A program made the position numbers and the translations under genes. Shown here piece after piece: positions 11,987 through 22,829 of a stretch of DNA of 64,000 nt. The notes beneath the pieces were generated by a model, which did not search any database, was not told the origin of the DNA, and saw only the letters and a list, made by a program, of their open reading frames with translations. Position 1 is the stretch's first letter, and each line of letters begins with the position of its first letter. This stretch comes from Fimbriosthenelais zetlandica (lineage: Eukaryota): the NCBI GenBank assembly GCA_977030845.1, contig OZ365109.1, positions 61,194,001 through 61,258,000 of the forward strand. The letters are read 5' to 3'.

Positions 11987-13809
11987 CTATAATTTACTAT
12001 CATTAATAAGGGTCAAGCAATAAAGTTTTTATATTGGGGTGGGATTTCTATTAGGATTTGCAAGGATATGGGCTCATTTTGTTGATAAATTTTTAAAAGT
12101 GGTCTTACGTCATTCCATTAGTACCGTGACATCTTACTGTATAGTACACTGTCGGTGAATTGAAGCGCCATCACGTCCATGTGTCATGTTTTGAACAAAG
12201 TTTGACAAGAAAAAGTTTCACAGAGTTTGTGGTTCAGTATATGGTGGATAAATTAATGTTGTGTCATATTTTGGGGACTTTCTCTATCCGTATAGTGGAG
12301 ATAATCTGAAAACTTCTGTGATTCAATCCTTTATCATTGACGTATGAGCTTACGTGGCTGTCTACACCAAGGAGATAGAAGTTTCCGAACTAAACAAAGG
12401 TGCCCTCAGCAATGTGAGCATCACTCGTGCTCGTGGCTACGCTACGCTTTGCCACTCTTGATCCTAACATTGTGAGGGTACTTGTGCAGTCTGCATCAGT
12501 GTATTCCATGGGCATATTATTGGCACATATTTATCACTGTCACCTGTAGCGCTGGGATTCTCCTTGGTGCAGAAAACCTCGATAAATTGGGATCCGGATT
12601 ATATTAAATGTGGATCACAACTAGAAAAGATCCAGGCATGGAATTGAAATCCAACAAAATTTTCAGGAAATTATCTTTACATCTCGTTTTAGAAGATATT
12701 TCATTGAAAACTAAAAATTTTAGCCTAATGGAATAATCAGTCATTTCCATGGATCTCTTCTGGTTGTAAGTTATTCCTTGCTTTAAACATGTGAACTGGA
12801 CGTGAAACCCGGTCTGGGTCTATATGTTTTTGCCTTTATTTACAGAACTCGAGGAAGGTAAAAACCAATTAATCGTGATAATATTGAACATGCATAAAAT
12901 TTATCTCTATTACATGTATACACTGCTAAAAGAATGCTGACTTTCTACAGCCGTTTTGTTAATGTTAACATGGAAGTTTACTGTTGCTGTGTTAAGATGT
13001 GTATCAAACATATTAATGAATCTATCGTGCTCATTGGTGTAAACATAAGCCAATAGCATCGGCTTGACAAGCAAAACTTCTAGTTATCTGTGACTATCTA
13101 TTATATTTTTATTCAATGCACTAACATTACAAGAGTGATTTTCAGATGCTTTGTGAATTTAAATTTTTATAAATGACCGTGATATACAGTTCTTCACGCT
13201 AAAAAGAAGACTTAAATCTAAAGGAATAATTCTGTACATTAAATTTGTGAATATCTTTAACATTCTTTGTTGATAATCTAATGGTAATTAATTGTCTGAC
13301 AGTGACATTTCTGTGCAGTAACATTTAACGAGTCCATATTAAAGAGTTATTCACTTTGCAATTACATCTTCTGTTTAGAATGAAGAAGTGTTTAGCTGGA
13401 TGTATTTTTCCAACGATTTCCATAGTCTTTGAATACTCAGGGATTATCAGACTGGATGTCATTGTAAGAAGGTGATATTTACCAGCAAGTATTCCTTTCG
13501 GATAACCTACCAAAATACGATTCCTGAACGTTAAAGTCTTGCACATTCTGACATCAATGGTAATATTATAGATCTGTTGTAGACTAGTAATTGTGAACAA
13601 CAATTTGCCTAGAGAAAACCTAATTCACTGAGAAATTCTGACTGGAAATGTATTTATGGAAACCTAGCATTGGCTAAAATTTATCCATTTTCCTGAAATA
13701 TAAGGCGGAGTGACATGATTTCTCACATGCCGCTCGTATTTTCAAGTATTCTCAATAATCAAATTAATTTCATGGTTTTCTTACTTGTAAATTAACTTGT
13801 ACCGTTACA

Positions 13810-14004
13810 ATGTTTAAGAATGCTATAAAGATAGCCATCATAATCTATCCTCTAGGCTATACCATCGTGTGGGCCTCCGGTCAGTGGACCGGAAGTGCCG
13901 ATAGTTTAACTTTGATTTTTTTGTTAATTGTATTTGTGACCATAAGGATCTGGTGGTCAATACGAAGGATACTATTGATAATCAGTGATGAAAATATTTT
14001 GTAA
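13810..14004 (+). CDS. Possible 64-aa microprotein with two hydrophobic helices
   Basis: acaATG start; AIKIAIIIYPLGYTIVWA and LTLIFLLIVFVTIRIWWSI separated by a short G/S loop; TATAAG at ~13699; AATAAA at ~14022. No homology recognised. Confidence 0.35.
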   Translation: MFKNAIKIAIIIYPLGYTIVWASGQWTGSADSLTLIFLLIVFVTIRIWWSIRRILLIISDENIL

Positions 14005-14262
14005 TCGCTCAGTCAATGCAAATAAAAGCTGTCTTATAACCTAGATGCTATTTCATTTATGTATACACTCATTCTGAAGATGTAGGCTAAGTGGCTAAGT
14101 AGGCTACACTCCAACCCCCATGTATACCCCCAGCACCCGCCCCAACTCCCTCCCAAAAGTCCAGGCCGATTCTATGCCAACCAGTCTAAATCCCTTGGAT
14201 ACATCAAAAGTGCACCGCCCATAATGCATCGGATTTGCTTCCGATCAGTGTTGACAAAAATA

Positions 14263-14330
14263 TACAGACTGGGAATCGAACCCCGGTCCCTCGCGCTCAA
14301 CGCCAGTGTCTTACCTCTAGGCTATCTGGA
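14263..14330 (-). pseudogene. tRNA-derived (SINE-like) module / pseudo-tRNA
   Basis: Minus strand reads TAGCCTAGAGGTAAGAC (A box) ... GGGGTTCGATTCCC (B box). Acceptor, anticodon and T stems only partly pair. Confidence 0.65.
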
Positions 14331-14392
14331 TCGGTAATCAGTAGCGTCCACACCCTCGCATTTAGCCTCAACCGCCCAGGACAAGGCTAAAT

Positions 14393-15210
14393 CACAATGT
14401 TTAAAATCATTTTGCCCCCCGGACCCCTCCCTGGCCCCCAACGTCCATCCCGACCCATATGTCTACCCCCAGCACTCCCACCAACACCCTTCAAAAACAC
14501 CAGCCCGATTTAAAACGGCTAACCTCTCAAAATCCAGCGGAATAACCCACTGTGTAGGTACTTCCCATAGGCTCCAATGTTAAAAATTAATTTAGCCCCC
14601 CGGACCCCTTCCCAGCCCCCAACCTCCACCCTGACCCCCATGTTCACCCCCGGTATCCACACCAACTCCCTCCAAAAAAATCAGCCCGATTCGATGCTTT
14701 TAACCTGTCTAAATCCTTCGAAATCAGCAAAAGTGTCCCCTCCATAGGCCCAATGTTAAAAATCACTCACGATTACAGGAATGTGTGCTACTGAGCCGGT
14801 TTCCCAGTCTGCTACAATCGACCCTTTCTCTACTTAATATTTGTTATTTTCACTCAAAACCACGGTTATGTTTGTATTATGACCTCTACTGACAAATATG
14901 AAAAGAGCAGAGACGTCAAATGAGGATAACACCGATTTCTGGGAAGTTGACAAATCGGCCGCGCGTATACAGGCCTATAATTTGGCCTTTTAAAAACCTT
15001 AACAGCGCCCTCTCACTAAAAGTCAAAAAGGTTGAATAACTTTGTAAATAATGGGTCTAAAATTACAATTCAAACGGATTATTCTTAGTTGGAAGCACCT
15101 CCATGTATCTATGAGGTTTTTGAGCATCTAAAATTAATTTAAAATTTCGATTTTTCAGAATGGATCAATTTGAGGTATATAGCATTGATCTCTATGGAAG
15201 GACAAGTTAG
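14393..15210 (-). repeat. Left arm of a giant inverted repeat (AT-rich core plus ~180-bp GC-rich subrepeats)
   Basis: Reverse complement aligns by eye along its length to 15805-16620. Subrepeat anchor ccataggc(t)ccaatgttaaaaat at 14566 and 14742; a further partial unit lies at 14110-14225. Confidence 0.9.
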
Positions 15211-15804
15211 TGCGACTGAAGCGACCCGAGGTGCAGCGGCAAAAAGGTGAACTACACTACTATGATCCAGCACTGTATCCAGCACAAACCTCGCCTCCTC
15301 GCCTCACCGGGACAGAACTCCTTCTATGATCTAGCCAACGATGAGCGCACTCTACACCTGAAGAGATAAGGGGGTGGCGAGGGGGGGGGGGAGAATAAAT
15401 AAGATAAAAGTTCATGCTATTTGTACTATTTTCTTTGGGAGAGCCGGGAGGAGCCCCAAATTAACCTGTAAAATGCGTAGAATTTTACCATGTTCTCAAT
15501 GACAAACAAGTACCTTAATTTTTTAACCCCAGAACCTTATCCTAACTCCCAACCCCTCCCACCCGCACAGAAAAGATATTGCCCGTAGGCCTACATTCTT
15601 AAACGTTAATTTTACTTAGTCCCCGCCTTGCTCTGCCCCCATCCTTAAGCCCACCGCCCATCTCAGCCACTCCCCATTATGATACACCTAATCCCACCTC
15701 ACTCTTACGGAGCGAAGAGTTGGGTCCATTGGTAAACCTATCGTTGACAATACCAAGCTAGTTCCACATTTGGCCGCTGCATATCTTGGGTCCCTACTGT
15801 CGTC

Positions 15805-16620
15805 CTGACTTGCTCCTTCCATAGAGATCAATGCTATAGACCTCAAATTGACTCCATTCTGAAAAATCGAAATTTTAAATTAATTGTAGATGCTCAAAAA
15901 CCTCATAGATACCTGGAGGTGCTTCCAACTAAGAATAATCCGTTTGAATTGTAATTTTAGACCCATTATTTACAGAGTTATTCAACTTTTTCGACGTTTA
16001 GTGAGAGGGCGCTGTTAAGGTTTTTAAAAGGCCAAATTATAGGCCTGTATATGCAAGGCCGATTTGTCAACTTCGCAGAAATCGGGGTTTTCCTCGTCTT
16101 TCCTCTCGGCTTTTTTTTTGAGTTTATCAATAGAGGTCATAAGTTATATATAACCGTGGACTTGAGTGAAAATAATATGTATTAGGTAGAGATAAAGCCG
16201 ATTGGAGAGGACTGGGAAACCGGCTCTGTAGCACACATCCATGTAATCGTGAGTGATTTTTAACATTGAGCCTATGAACGGGACACTTTTGCTGTATCCA
16301 ATGGATTTAGACAGGTTAGAAGCATAGGATCTGGCTGGATTTTTGGGAGATGGTTGGTTGAGGTACTGGGGGTATACATGGGGGTCGGGGAGGAGGTTGG
16401 GGGCCGGGGAGGGGTCCGGGGGCTCATTAATTTTTAACATTGGAGCCTATGGGCAGTACCTACACAGTGGGCTATACCAAGCGATTTTAACAGGTTAGAC
16501 GTTCCAAATCGGGCTGGGGTTTTTGAAGTGAGTTGGTATAGCTGTGCTAGGGGTAGGCATGCGGGGCGGGGTGGAAGTTGGGGGCCGGGGAGGGGTCCGG
16601 GGGTCAAAAATAATTATTAA
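15805..16620 (+). repeat. Right arm of the giant inverted repeat
   Basis: ctgacttgctccttccatagagatcaatgctatagacctcaaattga... mirrors 15210 leftwards. Identity is highest near the inner ends and falls outward. Confidence 0.9.
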
Positions 16621-16664
16621 CGCAGGGTGTATTGAAGTGACCTGAGAGCTTCCTTGTATATGTT

Positions 16665-16733
16665 AGCCAGGTGGTCTAGAGGTAAGAGACTCGCCTGGAA
16701 AGCGAGGGACCGGTTTTCGATTCCCATCTTGTA
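16665..16733 (+). pseudogene. tRNA-derived (SINE-like) module / pseudo-tRNA
   Basis: TGGTCTAGAGGTAAG (A box); perfect stem CTCGC-CTGGAAA-GCGAG; GGTTTTCGATTCCC (degenerate B box); T stem broken. Confidence 0.65.
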
Positions 16734-17276
16734 AGTCACTACTTTTCGCTGCTCCCAGGATCACTTTAGGCCTACACATTTTATACGGCTTAGCAGTATT
16801 GATTTGGACTCGTTTTTTTTTGTTTTCCCCACCCCCAGTTAGCGAGAAGACATTAGATTGGATTCGAATAATTAATGACACGTTTAGGCTATAGAATCTT
16901 TTATTTTGTTTACAATAACTCAAAAAGACCACCAAACGTTGTATAAAAGCCTGGTGATTAATAATTTGAAATTAATAAATCCGCATAAAGATCATTCCCC
17001 TTAGCCTAAATTGTGCCTGGAAAAAAATAAAATCCACGCTGATTAATAATTTTAATAATAATAGATTAGCCTGACTTCTACCAAAATCATGCAATCAACC
17101 TCATAATAATTTAGGTAGACATCATTATAAATTACTGGAGGAGTTACATAATGAATGGAAATACATGTAATTATAATTGTGAATACTAAGAACGCATCAT
17201 ATTGGTGCTGGGTAGCTGCTTCTTCTGTTCAGGGTTCACTATAAGCATGCTGTCCACGGTTACTGTCCAAGCTATT

Positions 17277-17492
17277 TCCGGTTTTCCATCCAACGCCATT
17301 TTTAGTCAAACTTATTAAAAGTTTAACCTTTTATAGGCATATATGAATCCCAAATAAATATACTGGAACAAAAGATGTAATATTGTGAAGATTAAATATT
17401 GATGGGTAATAGGTCTAGTGAGAGAATTAGAGTAGAGGCAAACGCTACCACCGGGGAAAACAGAAACTAACGGCCAAGATGGCCGCCGGAAA
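17277..17492. promoter_or_regulatory. Possible promoter with divergent YY1-like motifs
   Basis: CGCCATTTTT (17294-303) and AAGATGGCCGCC (17476-87) face opposite ways, with ETS-like TTCCGG/CCGGAA nearby. Motif matches only. Confidence 0.25.
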
Positions 17493-17680
17493 CATCAATT
17501 TATCAAGGAAGCCTTAGCACTAATCACTAATATCTGGAAAAATATGGATCATAAAACACAAGAATAGGCTACACTCTACCGTTGATGGAAATATTATTCC
17601 TGAAAAAAATTGAATGGTTGATGGCTACTAGGCCCATCGACCCAGGCTAGGATAAATAATAATATAGGCATAGACATAAT

Positions 17681-19157
17681 CCCCCTGTAGTATAACAAGA
17701 GCGAGAGGAGGCTGCGAATTTTCGCAGAAGATATGATCGCAGCACAAGTCCTGCGAAAAGTTCAGCGAGTGCTATCTAGCTCCCGCTTGCATAACATCCC
17801 TCGCATCGCTGGAGTTAACGAAACGTCCTTCAGCGATCAGACGCTGCGAGCGGTGGGCTGCGAAAATTCGCAGCCTCCTCTCGCTGAGATATGATATCTG
17901 AGATATGATATCTGAGATATGGTAATCTGAGATATGGTAACATCAGCGAGGGGACGCTGCGAAAATCTCTGTGAGAAAACCTTGTGAAAAGGCGGGAACC
18001 AAAGGCACACTCGCTGTTTCCATAGCAGCAGCGAAATTTTTCATAGCAACAGCGAGATTTTCCATAGTAACAGCGAAATTTTCCATAGCAACAGCGACAT
18101 TTTCCATAGCAACAGCGATTTCGAAGTGTCCGCTCGCTGCCCATGAACCAGATCATATTAATCTGGCCATTGCATGTAGGCCTATAACCTTAGACTAACG
18201 GTTAGGGCCTAGGCCTATGTAGGCCTAGGCCTATGCATTAGGGTAGGCCCTAGGCGTAGGCCTATTTGAAAGTGTACCTTAGGCCACACCCCTGTCCTCA
18301 GCTTGTCCCTGGAAGATAGTCTAGGCGTAGAGGATTAGGCCGGGCTATAGGCTAACCCTCCCCTCTTCTCATGCCCACCACACCGATGGGACGGTCATAA
18401 TTATCTGGTTAGGCTAATAGGCCTATTATCATTATTGCCTATTAGGCCTAGGCCTAGACATGAAGCAGATAACTTAGGCTAATTGTTAAACCAAAAGGGA
18501 AATGTCCTATACCGTTTTTATAGGCCTATAGGGCGGGAACCAAGGGATAGGTTACTGGTCCCAGTGCGCTCGCTGTTTCCATGGCTACAGCGAAAATTCG
18601 CTGCAGCTATGGAAACAGCGAGAGAAGGCCGCCTCAGCCATATCTAGAGTTAACATATGGTAACATCAGCGAGGGGACGCTGCGAAAATCTCTGTGAGAA
18701 AACCTTGTGAAAAGGCGGGAAGCAAAGGCACACTCGCTGTTTCCATAGCAGCAGCGAATTTTTTCATAGCAACAGCGAAATTTTCCATAGCAACAGCGAT
18801 TTCGAAGCATCCGCTCGCTGATGTTACCATATCTCAGATATCATATCTGAGATAACCATATCTGAGATAACCATATCTGAGATAACCATATCTGAGATAA
18901 CCATATCTGAGATAACCATATCTCAGATATCATATCTCAGATAACCATATCTCAGATATCATATCTGATGTTCACTCGCTGATGTTCACCTCGCAGATCT
19001 CCTCGCTGGAGTTCAATCGCAGCATTTTTCGCAGGAAGCGTTTTCGTTAGCTGCCAGGCCAGCTAGCGCTCGCTGAACTTTTCGCAGCATTTTTCCTGCG
19101 ATCATATCTTCTGCGAAAATTCGCAGCCACCTCTCGCTCTTGTTATACTACAGGGGG
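17681..19157. mobile_element. Composite non-autonomous TIR element (1477 bp) with ~95-bp TIRs and internal minisatellites
   Basis: CCCCCTGTAGTATAACAAGAGCGAGAGG... / ...CCTCTCGCTCTTGTTATACTACAGGGGG; first 62 bp have one mismatch; AAT flanks both ends (3-bp TSD). Internal 15-bp and 21-bp tandem arrays and a ~200-bp direct duplication (17931-18140 / 18655-18820). Confidence 0.9.
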
Positions 19158-20038
19158 AATAACTGACTGTAATCATTTCGGGCACTAAAATAAAATTTCT
19201 TTTCTAAGCCCACCATTTGCTGTAGCTTGCGTTTGCGTGAGGTATGAAAGCTTTGGTGATTAATAGGTTCGTTTGTGGTTTGTCTTATCATTTAAAAACT
19301 ATAGTGGTGGTCGGTCCAGATAATATGATATAGGGTAGGCCTATGCCAAGCCTATTGGTGCCAGAATTTATCTAATAGTTTAAATTTCCCGACATAGGCC
19401 TAAGCTACATAATATTATACAGGTCTGAAGGCCTATGTAGCCTATACTGATAAGTTTATATTATTTCATACTATGTTACTAACCGAGGCTTCTTAAGGCT
19501 TCATTGTATAGGTATTTACCTAAAGGCTTAGGTTAAAGCAAAACAAACCTAGTGATTGCTTCGTTATGAAAGACCGACTATTGTATAATTAGTTTGCGAG
19601 TTCTTAGAGGCACCGGATTATTCCCTGAAATTCGACTTGCCTGTGTACCGTAGCTTATATTTTGAAAATCAGGGCCTTATACTCTATACCTGTAAGGTAC
19701 TCTAGCCACCATAGAAAAAGCAAGATAATCTTTAAAGAAATTTCTTACAACTGCTACTGAAAAAGAATATTATATTACTGGAGTTCTGTGGCTTTGACGC
19801 ACATGGAGCTTTAACACGTCAATCTACTGGAGTACAAACTTCCTCTTTGCCAATGACTCTGCAAAATGCGCAGTATATAGATCTATATAATTATGACAAC
19901 TTGAGATTGAAGAGATGGAAATCAGCCAAAAGGATATTTATACTTATAGGGAACTAGAGCTGTAACATTACGCGGAAATTTGTGCGATATTATGTACCGG
20001 TACATATGATCTAGAAGAAAACAAAATCCTGTACCAAC

Positions 20039-20094
20039 ATGAGCTGCATAGGTTGTTCATATGACATTGTCTTCTACCGATTATGGTATTTTTG
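20039..20094 (+). CDS. Paralog 1 coding exon 1 (MSCIGC...RLWYFW)
   Basis: accaacATG; in-frame TAG at 20012; donor TG|GTGAGT. Confidence 0.75.
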
Positions 20095-20187
20095 GTGAGT
20101 AAAAGTTATTATTGCTTTTCTATACGCCCTACACATGAAATAATTCGTTCTGTTTAGTCCTATAGGCCTACATGTGCATTTTAAAGC

Positions 20188-20254
<67 letters not shown>

Positions 20255-20960
20255 TGTATACGTACCAGGCTGTACGTGTTAAAGTTCAATATATGTAAAA
20301 AGACCACTATTACACCTTGTGCTGGAGGCTTTCACCTTTAATTATACGAATTGCGGTTATTGCAGGTTCGCTCTTTTCTGGGTGGGATTTGTTTTGTTCG
20401 CCTTTTGTATCGGCTGCTTTAAGAAATACAAGAACCTGAAACATGCACAGGTCATTCAGTCCCCCGGATCTCAACCATGCTCAAATTATAATAGCAACTA
20501 CGGCCAGGTCAGAAGACCTCCACAAAGAGGTGAGATTATACAAATATAAACATTATTATCAATTTTGCAAGCCAACACCAGTGAAATTCTATTATCCTCA
20601 AGCAATTTCCCTTACATTTTAAGTTATATTTTGGGTATATTTATATCATTGTCATAATTATCAGGTCCTGCCAGACTGATAACCTTAAATACACAAATGC
20701 CAAACCAGAGGGCGCCTCAGGTTGTTCCACAGCCTCCTCCATCTTACTCATCTGCTATAGCCGCCACACCGACATCAGCGTTACCTCCAGGCTATAATTC
20801 AGTCATTGATGGGCCCCAACCCTCATCTAACCCACCCCCACCCCCTCCTATGATGGAGTATAATGAAGCACCTCCAGCCTATACCCAACAAGGCAGTTAC
20901 CCCAATACACAGAAAGATGCTTCCATGGGGTACGCCGAACCCAGGTTACCCGGCTACTGA
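20039..20960 (+). CDS. VOPP1/WBP1-like (Shisa-like) single-pass PPxY adaptor, paralog 1; join(20039-20094,20366-20529,20665-20960), 171 aa
   Basis: Spliced: MSCIGCSYDIVFYRLWYFW|FALFWVGFVLFAFCIGCFKKYK...R|GPAR...PPPSY...LPPGY...PPAY...LPGY*. Canonical GT-AG sites, phases 2 and 1, total 516 nt. RLWYFW matches human VOPP1 from memory; a phase-2 intron in the TM region and PY motifs are family traits. The start codon is inferred. Confidence 0.85.
20191..20250 (+). repeat. (AT)30 microsatellite in an intron of paralog 1
   Basis: Directly visible. Confidence 0.95.
20366..20529 (+). CDS. Paralog 1 coding exon 2 (TM helix and juxtamembrane Cys/Lys)
   Basis: TTATTGCAG| acceptor, AG|GTGAGA donor, open frame. 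Confidence 0.85.
20665..20960 (+). CDS. Paralog 1 last exon (Pro-rich, PPxY motifs)
   Basis: TTATCAG| acceptor in phase 1; TGA at 20958-60; AATAAA at ~21024. Confidence 0.9.
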
Positions 20961-21931
20961 TTTAGGTACGTCTCCAATCTATATAGGCCTACACATAAAA
21001 TTATGTTCACATTTTTAATAATGAATAAAATCGCATACGGTACATAAATTGAAAATCGTACTGTTTATCCTTACTGTATTATCTAAAATATGATTATGTG
21101 ATTTTGTAATTTCAGGATGACCACATCAAATGAATTATTCTACACTTATATTAAGTTATAAGCATTAAGACATTTTGTGGGTGGAAAATGCCTTTTAAAT
21201 ACCATTTGACGGCTTATTATCAGAAACTTTCTGACCCAATATATGTAATCAATGTTATATTCTCTCCTCTGCCTAATTATATTCTCATATGTGCCTGGAA
21301 TGGCTCACACTGTAAAGTAATAGGCCTAATACATTTAAGCAGTTCATGTCCAAACAATTATTGATACCTTTCCAAAGTGTATGATGCAGCCAAGCCACCT
21401 ATTTCAACCTCACCTACATCGTCATATAGGCGTAACACCTCCAACGGCTATCTCAGTATTGAGTATACAAACTCTTATTGATGCACCGATCATGGAAATG
21501 TACTCTTAATTTACGAAATGTGATAGCTTTAATACATTTGTGTATATATGCAGTACATGTATACATAGGATTAAACATTTATCTGACTATTATAAAAGGA
21601 AAACAATTGTGGACTACTTTTTATGACATAGGCCTAAGTGAACACAGATGAGGACATATTTCAAATGAGGATAATAATAGACAATAATAGATTACAGGCC
21701 TCGACCTGGGATATTATACATAATAAAGGGATCATAATATAGTCTAGCATAGTAATCTTTGTGGAATATAAACCAGTATAATATACATATAATATAGCAT
21801 AATATATAATATAATGAGTGCTAAGCAATGTCACGCTTCTTTGAGTTAATGTACAAGGTGTACAATGTACAGTTGTAATAAGTACATGTAGCCTACCTAT
21901 ACCTATATACCTAGACGCCTCGTTTGCCAAT

Positions 21932-21981
21932 ATGCCTTGCCAAACTTGTGCCACCGGTTTTTTCCAAACATGGCAATTTTG
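21932..21981 (+). CDS. Paralog 2 coding exon 1 (MPCQTC...TWQFW)
   Basis: gccaatATG; donor TG|GTGAGT; upstream acceptor CCTAG at 21914. Confidence 0.75.
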
Positions 21982-22829
21982 GTGAGTTGGATTATTTTAT
22001 TTATTTATTCATTTATTTATTTACATAACATTTAATTAATATGAAATAAATATTATTTATTAATATATTTATACATTCATTTATTCCAATCATGAGATGT
22101 GATGTAATACGAGTTTCCATTTCCATTTTAAAGATTATTGTATGTTGCTCAAAATTAAAATACGCATAATTTTTATTATAAACTAATAACACAGAATATA
22201 TCATGTTATTGGATATGTTATAACATTTTATTCTGTAATACCTGATAGTGATACCTGACAATGATTGAATTTCTTTATTGTCGGGCATCATGTAATTGCG
22301 CACCCCTTGTTTATGAATTGCAGGATGACAGCTTTCTGTTTAGGGTTAGTCTTGTTGGCCTTCACGCTCTTCTGTTGTAGGGCCTGTATTATGAATAGGT
22401 TTACCAGAAACCTCAGAGCATCTCATGGCCACCCAGGTAAGATTGTTAATACAATGTCATGTACAAGGCAAATCAGCTTGCAACTAAAAAATTGAAATTT
22501 TACCAAATGTTGAAGGTTTGTAGGAAAGGTACTGGAAAGCAGTGCACCAATATCCTAGTTGGCTTTATTTTGTTACAGGTTACGCAAGGCATGGCAGGGA
22601 TGGTTTAGAGCATCCACCCCAGATGGGAGTACAACCTCCACCATACTCGTCTACCATATCCATGACACAGGCGTCAGCAGGATTACCAACTCCCATACCA
22701 TCAGCCCCTGATAATAGTCAACAACAGCAAAATGGTGCACCAGCCTACCCACCTCCAACTTACTCACAAACGATTAACCCAGAACCAACCTACCTCCAGC
22801 CAACACCTGACAAGCTGCATACACCTTAG
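21932..22829 (+). CDS. VOPP1/WBP1-like single-pass PPxY adaptor, paralog 2; join(21932-21981,22324-22436,22579-22829), 137 aa
   Basis: Spliced: MPCQTCATGFFQTWQFW|MTAFCLGLVLLAFTLFCCRAC...HP|GYAR...PPPY...PPPTY...DKLHTP*. Same intron phases (2,1) and the same Trp split as paralog 1; total 414 nt. Confidence 0.85.
22324..22436 (+). CDS. Paralog 2 coding exon 2 (TM helix)
   Basis: AATTGCAG| acceptor, CAG|GTAAGA donor. Confidence 0.85.
22579..22829 (+). CDS. Paralog 2 last exon (Pro/Gln-rich, PPxY)
   Basis: TTTTGTTACAG| acceptor in phase 1; TAG at 22827-29. Confidence 0.9.

Noticed and set aside
12921-13304. Second CACTG-ended MITE
   Set aside because: Only 5 bp of TIR match and the flanks (TA / AC) do not form a TSD.
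14263-16733. Functional tRNA-Ser genes
   Set aside because: Acceptor and T stems are broken, and Ser tRNAs need a long variable arm that is absent. Treated as tRNA-derived modules.
14100-16777. TAGG(C)CTACAC as a TSD of the giant inverted repeat
   Set aside because: The copies differ by one base and the motif is ubiquitous in this window.
17830-18198. ORFs with RCCYGK heptad repeats (metallothionein-like) and the antisense AKFSIAT repeats
   Set aside because: Both are translations of the 21-bp tandem array inside the TIR element.
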